The notes beneath the pieces were generated by a model. That model had not been told where the DNA came from and did no database searches. It saw only the letters and a program-made list of their open reading frames with translations. From NCBI RefSeq assembly GCF_963921235.1, contig NC_086097.1, positions 74,960,001-75,024,000 on the forward strand: a DNA stretch of 64,000 nt. The letters are read 5' to 3'. Source of the DNA: Mobula hypostoma. Its lineage: Eukaryota. Of this stretch, positions 12,901-24,994 are shown piece after piece (within the stretch, counting starts at the first letter, position 1; each line of letters opens with the position of its first letter). The position numbers were made by a program, and so were the translations under genes.

Positions 12901-13356
12901 TGAGCAGTTTTGGATCCTGTATTTAAGAAAGGTGGCGCTGATATTGGAGAGGTTCAGAGGAGGTTTATGAGAATGACTAGGGAATGAAAGGCTTATCGTA
13001 TGAGGAGCGATTGATGGCTCTGGGCCTTTACTCGCTGGAATGTTCAAGAATGAGGTTGGATTTTATTGAAACCTATCGAATATTGAAAAGCCTGGATAGG
13101 GTGGATGTGAAAAGAATGTTTCCTGTAGTGGTAGAGTTTAGGATAAAGGGCCACAGCCTCAGAATGTAAATGAGGAGGAATTTCTTTAGCTAGAAAGTGG
13201 TGGATCTGTGGAACTTGCTGGGTTCTTGATTATTCAGGGCGTGAAAGGTTATCGGGAGAAAAATGGTTTGAGAGGGAAATAGATCAGCCATGATGAAATG
13301 GCAGAACAGACTTGATGGGCTGAATGGCTTAATTCTGCACCGATGTTTTATGATCT
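6930..13356 (+). mobile_element. Near full-length degenerate CR1 LINE (ORF1 esterase, ORF2 APE-RT), interrupted at 9033-11503
   Basis: ORF1 SGNH/GDSL-like remnant (GDSIVRG..CLPGA..HIGIND, 7515-7823). APE remnants at 8227-8976. RT resumes at 11508 (PEDWKIANVTP..NYRPVSLTS, FQKAFDKVPH). CR1 3' end near 13280-13356. Many stops and frameshifts. The 5' boundary is approximate. Confidence 0.85.
9033..11503 (+). mobile_element. Younger 5'-truncated CR1 LINE nested in the older CR1
   Basis: Long ORF2 segments 9422-10165 and 10159-11076 (NYRPVSLTS, QGSVLGP, KFADD). (TTCTATGT)n-like tail at 11484-11503. ATAA at both junctions, and the host sequence reconstitutes as CATGGCTGATAA|GGGAAG. Confidence 0.9.
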
Positions 13357-14490
13357 CACGTGAAATTATAGAAGAGCTGCTGAAATTTTCCTACCTTATG
13401 TACATCATTAAGGCTTCGTCGTTCCTCAGTGTCAAATAAGGATGAGGAATAAATGCTGATCTTAAAGTGATGCTTATTATCTGTGAGTGATAATGAAACC
13501 CTGTTGCAAGACGGTTCCTATGTCATCACCCCCCGTCATAGGGCAGCTCAGTAACATCTTCTGCATAAATCATGAAAGCCATATCGAGTTAATTCACATG
13601 TCAAATATTTTCAGATAATCATTTAAGATCAAAACAATATAAATGTTGGCTTATTACCCTTGTGCACTTCCTCAGAACTTCTTCTAAACCTGAAGTGGAT
13701 TACGTTGGCTTTGAAAGGTGACTGCGTGCATCTCTTCGTTCTTTTGCTTCAATCTACAGCAGCTTGCCATGAGGAGAAGTAGCCATGACCAATCAACTGA
13801 TGTGTAACCGCAAAGGTACGCAATGCTGTGAGGCATGAATGCTCTTATCCAGAGAGAGGACAGGTAATTCATTCAGTACAGACCTAAGGCCGCTCTTTCC
13901 AAGTACCAGAGAGCCTGATAATTGTTGGGACACTTTTGTGAAATGTCGAGCCTCTCAAAGCACATACAAGTGTTGTAATCCAAAGCTACAGAGTGGATTT
14001 CTATTGCAGCAAGCTGAGCTGTGTCTGCTATTCAGTACTATTGCAGCAGATGCCAGCGTCTCAGAAAATGATACTGTGAAGTGTAACCCTAGCTATTGCA
14101 AATTGCTGTGAACCCAAATTCTTTGGACTCTGAAGTGAGTGTTCTATAACTGAGCCAAACTGACATTATCAGCCTCTTTGACTGTGAGCCCATGGAACCA
14201 GTGTAAAGTTTAGCTATGTAACACATGTTCATTCACCCATAATCTGAAATACAAATTGGTAGGAATCATGGTTCATTCAACATTTCAATTTTTATATTTG
14301 AATGGATGTTTTGCATACTGTATATTGCACCCTGAAGAGTCAATTGTAGGTTACAATTTCTCTTTTTTGTCCGTTTCTTGTTTGGAGCAGCCATTATTGT
14401 TCCAGCACAATACTGTTCTGAATGTTTCGATTTTAATCAAGAATAATCCTGCAAACAAAATCCAAAAGCAAGCATTATCACAAGAAGATG

Positions 14491-15590
14491 CAAGTCATAG
14501 TCATAGTCATAGTCATACTTTATTGATCCCGGGGGACATTGGTTTTCGTTACAGTTGCACCATAAATAATTAAATAGTAATAAAACCATAAATAGTTAAA
14601 TAGTAATATGTAAATTATGCCAGGAAATAAGTCCAGGACCAGCCTATTGGTTCAAGGTGTCTGACCCTCCAAGGGAGGAGTTGTAAAGTTTAATGGCCAC
14701 AAGCAGGAATGACTTCCTATGACGCTCTGTGTTGCATCTCGGTGGAATGAGTCTCTGGCTGAATGTACTCCTGTGCCCAACCAGTACATTAAGTAGTGGA
14801 TGGGAGACATTGTCCAAGATGGCATGCAACTTGGACAGCATCTTCTTTTCAGACACCACCATGAGAGAGTCCAGTTCCATCCCCACAAATCACTGGCCTT
14901 ACGAATGAGTTTGTTGATTCTGTTGGTGTCGGCTACCCTCAGCCTGTTGCCCCAGCACACAACAGCAAACATGATCGCACTGGCCACCACAGACTCGTAG
15001 AACATCCTCAGCATCGGCCGGCAGATGTTAAAGGACCTCAGTGTCCTCAGGAAATCGAGACGGCTCTGACCATTCTTGTAGACAGTTTCAGTGTTCTTTG
15101 ACCAGTCCAGTTTATTGTCAATCCGTATCCCCAGGTATTTGTAATCCTCCACTATGTCCACACTGACCCCCTGGATGGAAACAGGGGTCACCGGTACCTT
15201 AACTCTCCTCAGGTCTACCACCAGCTCCTTAGTCTTTTTCACATTAAGCTGCAATTAATTCTGCTCACACCATGTGACAAAGTTTCCTACCATAGCCCTG
15301 TACTCAGCCTCATCTCCCTTGCTGATGCATCCAACTATGGCAGAGTCATCAGAAAACTTCTGAAGATGACAAGACTCTGTGCAGTAGTTGAAGTCCGAGG
15401 TGTAAATGGTGAAGAGAAGGGGAGACAAGATAGTCCCCTGTGGAGCCCCAGTACTGCTGATCACTCTGTCGGGCACACAGTGTTGCAAGCACACGTACTG
15501 TGGTCTGCCAGTCGGGTAATCAAGAATCCATGACACCAGGAAAGCATCCACCTGTATCGCTGTCAGCTCCTCCCCCAACAGAGCAGGGGG
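14491..15590 (-). mobile_element. 5'-truncated Rex1/Babar LINE (RT C-terminal half)
   Basis: ORFs 15255-15578 and 14652-15254 (GAPQGTILSP, KFSDD, LNVKKTKELVVD, YKYLG). (GTCATA)4 tail at 14494-14517. 8-bp TSD AGAAGATG (14483-14490 and 15591-15598). Confidence 0.9.
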
Positions 15591-17134
15591 AGAAGATGTT
15601 AATCAATAACAAAATGAAAGATTGTCAAAAATATTCAGGACAACCTTTAATTATTACATTTCTGAAAAGTGTTTTTTCTCCTGTCAAGTTTACATCATCT
15701 GTATATTTGGCCAAGATAAACATTCTCCGTGGAAAGCATCAAGAAACTGTATGCAATTTTAAAGAACAACTTGAAGATGAAGTGTTCAATTCAGCAAACC
15801 GTAATCTTGTCTTTTCTCACTCCGTGTAATTGTTCAGACATGTAACTGAAGTGCTTGATTGTTACTTCTATCCAACCTCACTTGCAACTCTATAAATGAT
15901 TCTGCTGGTTGGAGTAAGCACCATATTCGCCATCAGTGTTCAATTATAATAATGGCAAATTGACGGCATTGGTCTGTAAACAATGGCAGCCATCTCCCGA
16001 ACATGAAGTGTGGAATGGGAAATTTGGATATTGTTCTTATTGATCCTCCATTCCCCTAAGGATGTGCCATTGCAATCTCCACAGGTGCAGTTAACATAAA
16101 TTCAGTGATTTAACATCAGCAGGCCCAGTTCATGCACCATTCTCTGTGTAAAGAAACTGAAAGTGTTCTGAATGAAAAGGAGTACAGTGGAGATTTCAAA
16201 AGAGTAGCGAGTAGTTATTTCAACAGTGTAGTTATCGCTGCAGAATCTTTCTGCCTAGAAAACCTTGTTTTCCCTTTTGTGTATTCCCTGGGATGATGAT
16301 ATTAAGGATATGATTTAAAAACATTTTTGGGATACTTTAATCCCATATATCTTTGCTTTGAGTTCTATGAGTTGTTCTACAGATTATATAAAACTAGTGC
16401 TGTTTATTTACCATGAGAATTATCGGGATTTTTGAGCTGCTGAGCTATGATTAATGACATTCTTACTTCTGGAAGCCACATGTTACCTGCTGAATATGCC
16501 TAATTCCAAATCAGATTAGAGCAGGAAATCCAGAACTCAGAGCCTACTTAGTCTTTAGGCTGAATGCTGAGTGCCATCCATTATCCCTGACTAGAAGTCT
16601 GGGTTAACTTGGGTTTTCATGCCCGACCTCAGAAAACTGTGAAAGCTTTTGGTGCCACTGGAAGTGAGCCATTTTGTTGAAGATTATAGAAATTGTTTAT
16701 AGATTCAATATAAGTAATTATAAAATGAAGGTTCTATCCTAAAGCTATCTATTTCAAAGAGTTAGAATTATACTTTTCCCTCTCACTGAAAGGAAAGGTG
16801 TTTGAAAAGAACAAAATTGCACAAATAGATATTTCTTAGAAATAAACTTGTGAAGGCTGGTTTGACAATGGGCACACAAGTGAATTAGATTTTTCTTTGA
16901 AATAAATGGCTATTCGCATATTCTTTTCTTTAAGTAGAGCCCAAGTAAATGCAAGGCTAACATGATGCATTATTACAATAGTCCAGGCACCTGTATTTCT
17001 TGGTTATGCCAGAGGTAATAGAAGTAATCTCAGAAGATACAAACCTTAACAGCCATGTGCACTCAAAGCTGGATTATGTTACCCTCAGCATCAGGAACAG
17101 AACTGTGTGATTACGATGTAGTTTTGACAAAAAC

Positions 17135-17560
17135 TACAAAGTCAAAATAAATATATTATCAATGTGTGTATATGTCACCATATACTACCCTGAAATTCAT
17201 TTTCTTTCACGCATTTACAGAAAAATAAAATACAATAGAATTTATGAAAAACTATCCAAAAACAAAGACTAACAAATGACTAATGTGCAAAAGAAAACAA
17301 ACTGTGCAGATAAAAAATTAATATTGAGAATACGCATTGTAGAGTCATTAAGCATGAGTCTGTAGGTTATGGAATCAGTCAGTGTTGAGGTGAGTGAAGT
17401 TATCCTTGCCTGTTCAGGTTGTAGAGTAAAATCTGTTCCTGAACCTGGTGGTGTGGGACTTAACTACCTCCAGCCCAATGGTAGTAGCGAGAAGAGAGCA
17501 AGGCCTGGTTAGTTGTGGTCCTTGATGATCGATTCCTTGTGGCAATGCTCCTTGCAAATT
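17135..17560 (-). mobile_element. Rex1/Babar 3' fragment
   Basis: Colinear similarity to 31080-31520 (ATATACTACCCTGAAATTCATTTTC; TTCCTGAACCTGGTGGT). Confidence 0.7.
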
Positions 17561-18206
17561 ACATATTATTAAAATGTAATGAGACAGTATCTAATATTTC
17601 AAAGGAGGGCACAATTGTAACCAGCTTATGAAGGGCATAAAAGTGAAGCATCAGTGTTTTTTGTCAAGGGCATGATAAAGCTAATTTAAAAAAATTGACA
17701 CCCACTTAGGGGGAAAAAGAACTCCAGGTGCCATCATGAGTCTGTAAACTGGTGTCTGAACAAATAGCCCAAGGTTAACTCCAGTATAGTAATTTCATAA
17801 TTCATATAGCTGTACATTTCTTCCTGTAGTGCTCCCTATGGACATCCTCTTAAGTTAAATTAGAGCAAGGTGGCATGCCCAAAATTAGGACAAAGCTGAC
17901 TATTAATATCACAGTTTCTGCTGGACAGTATCTTCAGTATCCTTGCAGAAAAAGACCCTAAAGAACAGATCATCATTATAAACAGCAGTTAGTGCTGGCT
18001 ATACTGTCTGGATGTGTCCATGCAATGACAGTCAGCTTTGGTCTTTATCCACCTTGTCAATGCTTCTTCCAAATGTTCCAGATGCTTTTTATTCCAAAGA
18101 TATGGAAGCAACCATTCTGTCCAAGACAGAGGTCTCTTTGGAACTAAGGGAGAGTAGTTTTCATGGAGGAGGAGGATTTGGTTAATGCTGTAGTTTGCAG
18201 ATACAC

Positions 18207-19115
18207 TCTTCTGTTTTAAGATGGTGCTTGTGAAGCACAGGAAGACTTGCTGTCAGCAAACAAAACTATTAACTACTTTATTAATCACATGTTTTCTCAA
18301 AAATGATCACTGCAATCGATAGCCTGTAACTTACTTTTCGGAGTTGAGCTTTTGAATCATCTGCATTTTTGCGGTGTGAACTGAAGTTTCGAAGGTGTAG
18401 GATGGTTGTGGTATGGTGTTCATGGGCTGAATGGAGGCAGTGGGGCCTGGGCCCATGAGTGGGGAGTGAGCCAATGTTTGGCCATTTCAGTAGTGGACTT
18501 GGAGGTGATTCAAAGTGGCAGAACGGAAGCATGGCGAGCTGAGGTGTGGCAGAGTCGAGGCAGTACAGGCCAGGCCCAAACTCACTTGTTTGGCTGATAT
18601 AAGCACTGGGCCAGATTGGTAAGGTTGGGTACAGGCCTAATCGAGCTGGCAGGGACCAGGCCCGATAGCTTATAGAAACAGCAGTGCCTGGGTCCGAGAG
18701 TAAGGAACGACCTGAGGTTTGGCGCGTTTAAGTGCTGGGCCAGATTGTAAAGTGTGTCGGGGCCAGAGGAGAGGGATGGGCTCACTGCTCCATGCTGTTT
18801 ATTCATCTCTGCACTGAACTGAGGCTCTGGCCTGCAACTAATGGGATCCCGTATTGGCTGCAGTGGTGACTAGCTTCATGACTGTGGACTCAGTTTCATG
18901 AACTTCAGTTCTGAATGTTATTCGCTTACTTTCATTGTTTGCACAATTTGTTTTTTTTCCCTGCACATCAGGTGTTTGACAATCTTTTTTTAATGGGTTC
19001 TATTGGGATTCTTTGTTTTGTGGCTGCCTGTAAGGAGACAAATCTCAAAGTTGCATATAGCATACGTACTTTGATAATAAATGTATTTTGATAATAAATG
19101 TATTTTGAACTTTGA
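18207..19115 (+). mobile_element. Non-coding retroposon with Rex1/Babar-type tail
   Basis: The 3' end (GGCTGCCTGTAAGGAGACAAATCTC...TTTGATAATAAATGTATTTTGAACTTTG) is shared with 5150-5240 and 31080-31170. The body is GC-richer, with internal repeats (GGGCCAGATT) and no RT ORF. The 5' boundary is approximate. Confidence 0.6.
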
Positions 19116-19324
19116 GTTTTGTAGATGTACTTGATTTTTACATATTAGCTGAGGTGGCATTTAATGAATATGAAAACTGCACCCTTTACTCCATAAATTA
19201 CTCAAGGTAGCAACTGCTCCTTTTCATTCCATACACAGGCAAATTAGAATTAGCTCAGAATCATTCACAATAATGAATCTAATGTGTGCATGTCTCTTGC
19301 AAATTATTCAGCCTTTCGTAGGGC

Positions 19325-20500
19325 AGTCCTCTAATTTCAAGATTTGGCCTGATGAATCTCCTTCGTACTGCCTCCAGTATTTATATATTTTGTTATGAAA
19401 GGGGACCAAATCTGTACAAAAAGGGTGATGCCTTTACAATGCTCTGGACAATTGCAGTAAACCTTCCCTACTTTTAAACTCGAACCCTTCTGCAATGAAG
19501 ACCAGAAATGTAGTTTGCGTTTTTATTTGATTTGTGGATCTGCTTGCGAGTATTTTCTGATTCATGTACTAAAACACCTAAATCTCTGTACTTCATCCAT
19601 TAGCACTCTCTTTCTATTTAGATAATAATCAGTCTTTTGATTTCTGTTACAGAATTGCACGGCCTCACACTTCCTCCACATTAAACTGCATCTGCCAGTG
19701 TTTTGCCCACTTGATCAGTCTAATTGTATCGAATTGCAAGAGCACAGCATCATTTTGCAACATGCCCTTCCATCTATTTTTCCTTCAACTGCAAATTTGG
19801 AAACCTTCCCCCAGATCACAAATGTAAATAGTGAACAATTACAGACCAAGAACTGATCCCTGCCGTACTCCACTAGTTACCTCCTTCCAGTTTGAAAAGA
19901 TGCATTCATTCCAATTTGTTTACTGTGTGACAGCTAGTTTTCAATCTGCACTAACGTCCTATACTTCCTGCAGTACCATGAGTTTTAGTTTATGTGCCCA
20001 TCTCCTCTGTGTCACCTTATTAAATGCCCTTTGGGAATCTAAATACACTGTATTCAGAGTTTCCCTTCAATCAACTCTACCTGTTACAGTCTTGAAGAAC
20101 TTGAACAAATATATTTGAGGATGATTTACCTTTCATAAAATTATGTTTGACTAGGTTTAATTATATTCAGCTCTCCTAAATGATTAGTTATTTCCTCTTT
20201 GATTATTGACTCTAGCATCTTGCCAATAATAACAATTAAACAAACTGGCCTGTAGTTCCTTGCCTTCTGCCTTTCTCCTTTTTTTGAACAAGGGAAAATC
20301 CTTGGCTATTTTATAATCATCTGGTACCCTTCCCAAGTTTAGCAGATTCTGAAAAATCTTGACCAAAGGGTCCAGTATCTCTGCAGCCATTTTCTTTAAA
20401 ACCCTACTGTACAGTCCATCATGTCCTGCTGACCTACCTGCCCTTAACTTCCTGAGTTCCTCAAGTACCTTATTCCTTATAATTGGGGATTTTCTAAATT
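19325..20500 (-). mobile_element. Old CR1 ORF2 fragment
   Basis: Minus-strand RT remnant AEILDPLVKIFQNLLNLGRVPDDYKIA..PLFKK (20184-20390) and a decayed GSVLG region. Confidence 0.7.
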
Positions 20501-20529
20501 TTTATTTGAAATTACTTCCAATCCCTACA

Positions 20530-22005
20530 GCATCTGGCAACCCTATGATCTGTCTCAGAAGAGGCCGATGAGAGAACATTTTGCAAGAGGTGAACTCTCA
20601 CAAGGTGTCAGGCCCCAATGGTGTAACTGGCAGAGTACTGAAAATCTGTGCCGACCAACTGGCTGTGTGGGGAAATCTTCAACCTCTCACTGCTATAATC
20701 AGAGGTTTCCAACCACTTCAAAAGGGTATTAATCATACTGATGCCCAAGAAGAGAAGGGTGAGCTGTCTCATTGACTGCTACCCGGCAGCACTCACATCT
20801 AATGTGATGAAGTGTTTTGAGAGGGTGTTCATTACTAGAATTAACTTAGGGATCTGGATCCACAGCAATCTCCCTATCAGCACAACGGACACAATCTCCC
20901 TGGCTTCCCACTTGTCATTGGAACAACTAGACAACAGCAAAACACATATCAGGCTGCTGTTTATCAATTACGGTTTGGTGTTTAACACCATCATCCCCTC
21001 AATACTAATCAACTAGCTGGTCATTTGTATCTCCCTCTGCATCTGGAACCTCAACTTCTTTAGCGGGAGATCACAATCAGTGTTGGTATTTAATAACTTC
21101 TCTTCATTGACAATCATCACAGGCACACCTAAAGGTTGTGTGCTTAGCCCAGTGCACTGCCGTCTCTATATTGATTACTGTGTGGCTAGTCACAGCTCAA
21201 GCACCATCTATAAATTCAGTCTTGTTGGCAGAATCTCAAATGATGACAGGGAGGCATTCAGGAATGAATTAGACTGGCTGGTTAAGTGGTGTCACAGCAA
21301 AAGCATCGCACCATATGTCAGCAAGTCCAAGGAATTGATTGTGGACTTCAGGAAAGACAATTCAGGAGAACATAGCCCAGTTCCCACTGAGGGGTTAGTC
21401 GTTGAAAGCATGAGCAGCTTCAAGTTCCTGGGCATCAACATCTTGGAGGATTTATCCTGGACTCAATATATTGATGCAATCATGAAGAAGGCACAACAGC
21501 AGCTCGACTTTATTAAGAATTTGAGGAGACTTGGTATGTCACTAAAGACTCTAGCAAACTTCTACAGATGTTTGGTGGGGAACATTCTGACTGGTTGTTT
21601 AATAGTCTGGTACGGAGGCTCCAATATGCAGGATCAAAAGAGGCGTCAGAGGACTGTAGACACAGACAGATCCATCATGGTACAACCCTCCCTAGCATCT
21701 TCTGCCAAAGGTGGTTGCATCCATCATTAAGTACCTTCACCACCTGGGACATGCCCTCTTCTCATTACTAACATCGGGAAGGAGGTACAGGAGCCTGAAA
21801 ATGCACACTCAATGTTTCAAGAACAGCTCTTGCCCTCTAACATTTCTGAATGGTCCATGAACTCACTAACGCTATCTAATTTATTATTCATCTTTTGCAC
21901 TACTTATTTATTTTTGCAGCTTATACTAATTTCGCACCATTCTGCTACCACAAATAAACAAATTTCTTGACACACGTCAGTGATAATAAACCAGATTCTG
22001 ATATT
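20530..22005 (+). mobile_element. Rex1/Babar LINE RT region and 3' UTR
   Basis: ORFs 20581-21730 (ALTSNVMKCFER, TGTPKGCVLSP, KSKELIVDFRK, FKFLG). Tail ends ..AATAAACCAGATTCTGAT. Confidence 0.85.
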
Positions 22006-22214
22006 TTATGGCCATGCGCAACTTCCTCCAGTGTCCTCTTGACATTCACCTTAGCTTCCCATAGAAATTTTTAGTGTTTGTGTTTACACTACATGCAAGA
22101 TTTGTCTCAAAATCCATTATCTCTCTTTCGAGATTTATTTTTCTCTTGCTTTTGGATCTTAAAGACTTCCCAGTACTCTAGCCCCTGCCACTTTATCTTC
22201 AATTACACTGAGTA

Positions 22215-22701
22215 ATTTTGTGGTCTTCTGCTGCTGTAGTCCATCCACTTCACAGTTTGACACGTTGTGCACTCAGAGATACGCTTCCGCACACCATCGT
22301 AATGCGCGGCCATTTGAGTTACTGACACCTTCCTGTCAGCTCGAACTAGCGTGGCCATTCTTCACTGACCTGTCTCCGAGGCATTTTCGGCCACAGAGCT
22401 GCCACTCGTAGGACTTTTTTTGTTTGATTCTTTTGCACCATTCTCAGTAAATTCTAGAGACTGTTGTGAATGAAAATCCGAAGGAGATCAGCAGTTTCTG
22501 AGACACTTAAACCATCCCATCTGACACTAACAATCACTCCACAGTCCAAGTCGCTTTCCTTTCACATTTTGTCTGAACAACAACTGAACCTGTTAACCGT
22601 GTCTGCATGCTTTTATGAGTTGCTGCCACATGACTGTCTGATTAGATATTTGCATTAACGAGCAGGTACACAAGTGTACCTAATAAAGTGGCCATTGAGT
22701 G
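22215..22701 (-). mobile_element. Second copy of the Tc1-like non-autonomous element
   Basis: Reverse-complement similarity to 2856-3330. Ends in the TIR GTACCTAATAAAGTGGCCATTGAGTG followed by TA. Confidence 0.8.
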
Positions 22702-23444
22702 TACATACCCTTGTTTTCAATTTAATATTATCCTTTGTCTCCTTGAATAAACTCCTGCTGAGCATTATAGTTTGTCTGTTTGAATAACTGCCTCTCTTTA
22801 CCCAGTTTACCTTAGAAAACTCCTCTCTTATTAAAGTTATAATTGTCCTTATTTAAACTGAAGTTAGTGGCGATGGACCTATGGCATTAATTGATGAGGA
22901 TGCTGATATCTAACTTGATGAGGTTGTTTGTGGCACCATAGTTCTGGCAATACTGGAGCTTTAAGTTAATGGAATGACCTCCAGAAATCATTTGCATTCC
23001 ATTTGTGAGGTCAGATCACTTGTGAGACCAGATTCCACTTTCAACAATTCACTCACAACAGGAGATTCCTTGTTTACTCAATTTCCATGGGTTGAGAGGA
23101 ACTTAGTGTGCAATGATAAGTGGTTATTTATTTTAATAGTATATTTAATTGATCTGTTTCTAAGTGAACATTAGTCATAATAATAAAAAAACACTGAAGA
23201 CATATGCTTACTTTTATGAAAAAGTTTAAAAGTTTTAAATGCACCATGGAACATCTTAAGTGGATTAACATTAACCCTTACCTGTTCTGTTAGTATAGAT
23301 TTGGATGAGGTGCTGGCACCTTGCCACCCAGGATATGTATATTTCATGCTGTTCATTTTCAGGAAAAGCTGGGAGCTACAACAGTATACCAGCCAACATT
23401 TCTTTCTCAGAATGCTTTTAAATATAAACACAGGAAAGTCGGTA

Positions 23445-24890
23445 CATACAAAATGCTGGAGGAACTCAGCAGGTCAAGCAGCATCTATGAAAATGAATAA
23501 ACAGTCAATGTTTCGGGTGAGACCCTTGTTAGGACTGAAATGGAAGGGGGAAGATGATAGAATAAAAAAGTGGGGTGAGGGGGAAGGAGGCTAGCTAGAA
23601 GGGGATAGGTGAAGCCAGGTGGGTGGGGGGAAGGTAAGGGCTGGAGAAGAAGGATCTGATAGGAGAGGAGAGTCGACTATAGGAGAAAGGGACGGAGCAG
23701 TGGACCCAGGCAGAAGTGATAAGCAGATGAGAGTAGAGGTAAAAGGCCTGAGTGGGGAATAGAAGAAGAGGGGAGTGGGGGGGGGGGGGAATTTTTTTTA
23801 CCAGAAGGAGAAATTGATATTGATGCCATCAGGTTGGAGGCTACATAGATGGAATATAAGGTGCTGCTCCTTGATCCTGTGGGTGGCCTCATCTTGGCAT
23901 AAACAGAGGCTATGGACCAACGTGTTGGAATGGGAATGGAAATCAGAATTAAAATGTCTGGCCACCGGGAAGTTCCACTTTTGGCGGATGAAGCGGCGGT
24001 GCATGACGAAGCGGTTCCCCAATATACTATGGATCTCACCAATGTAGAGGAGGCTGCATCAGGAGCATGAGACAGAAATGGCAACCCTTGCAGATTCGCA
24101 GGTGAAGTGTTGCGTCACCTGGAAGGACTATTTGGGGCCCTGAATGAAGGTGAGGGAGGAGGTGAATGGGCAAGTGGGGCAGTTTGGCCACTTGCAGGGG
24201 TAAGTGTCCCGAGGGAGTTTAGTGGGGAGGGATGAATGGACAAGGGAACTGCGGAGGGGGTGATCCCTGCAGAGACCAGAGATGGGGGTAAAGGTGTGTT
24301 TAGTGGTCGGATCCCTTTGGAAATGGCTGACATTGTGGTGAATGATGTGTTGGATGTGGAGGTTCATGGGTGGTAGGTAAGGGTCAGAAGAACTTAAAGC
24401 AGTGGGAAGATGGGGTGGACATGAATGTCCAGGGAATGGAGGAGATGCAGGTGCGTACAGCATCAATAGTGGAAGGAGGGAAACCCTGAACTTTGAAAAA
24501 GGAAGACATCTCTGATGTCCTGGAAAGGAAGGCCGCATCCTGGGAACATATGTGACAGAGGAGAAGGAATTGAAAGAAGGGAATAGCACTTTCACAGGAG
24601 ACAGGATGGGAAGAGGTATAATCAAGATCACCGTGGGCATCGGTAGGTTTGTAAAAGATATCGGTTGACAGTTTATCTCCAGAGATGGAGGAAGAGAGTT
24701 CAAGAAAGGAGAGGCAGGTATCACAAATGGACCAAGTGAATTTAAGGGCAGGGTGAAAGTTGGAGGCAAAATTGATAAAATTGACAAGCTCAGCATGGGT
24801 GCAAGAAGCAGCACCAATGCAGTCATCAATGTGGCAGAGCAACAATGGGAAGTATTATTGGGGAAGGCTTCGAACATGGACGATTCCATG
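23445..24890 (-). mobile_element. Penelope-like element (RT, GIY-YIG endonuclease C-terminus, pLTR)
   Basis: RT motifs HIDDCIGAAS..LKFTW and IFYKPTD (24384-24845). Endonuclease C-terminus PVARHFNS..EQHLIFHLCSLQPDGIN (23798-24022). pLTR with decayed hammerhead at 23502-23537. Confidence 0.85.
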
Positions 24891-24994
24891 TAGTTTTGTG
24901 TAGCTATGTAGATTTTGTTTGCGTTACTTTTAAGTATAGATTAATTTGTTGGTTTTAGGGTGTTGCTGTCTCAGAATGCTGCCATTTTTACTTT

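Noticed and set aside
13684..14111. Short ORFs in unique DNA after the CR1
   Set aside because: No recognisable protein similarity or consistent exon boundaries.
23502..23537. Hammerhead in the third Penelope pLTR
   Set aside because: Stems are retained, but the core reads CUAACAA instead of CUGANGA, so it is presumed dead.
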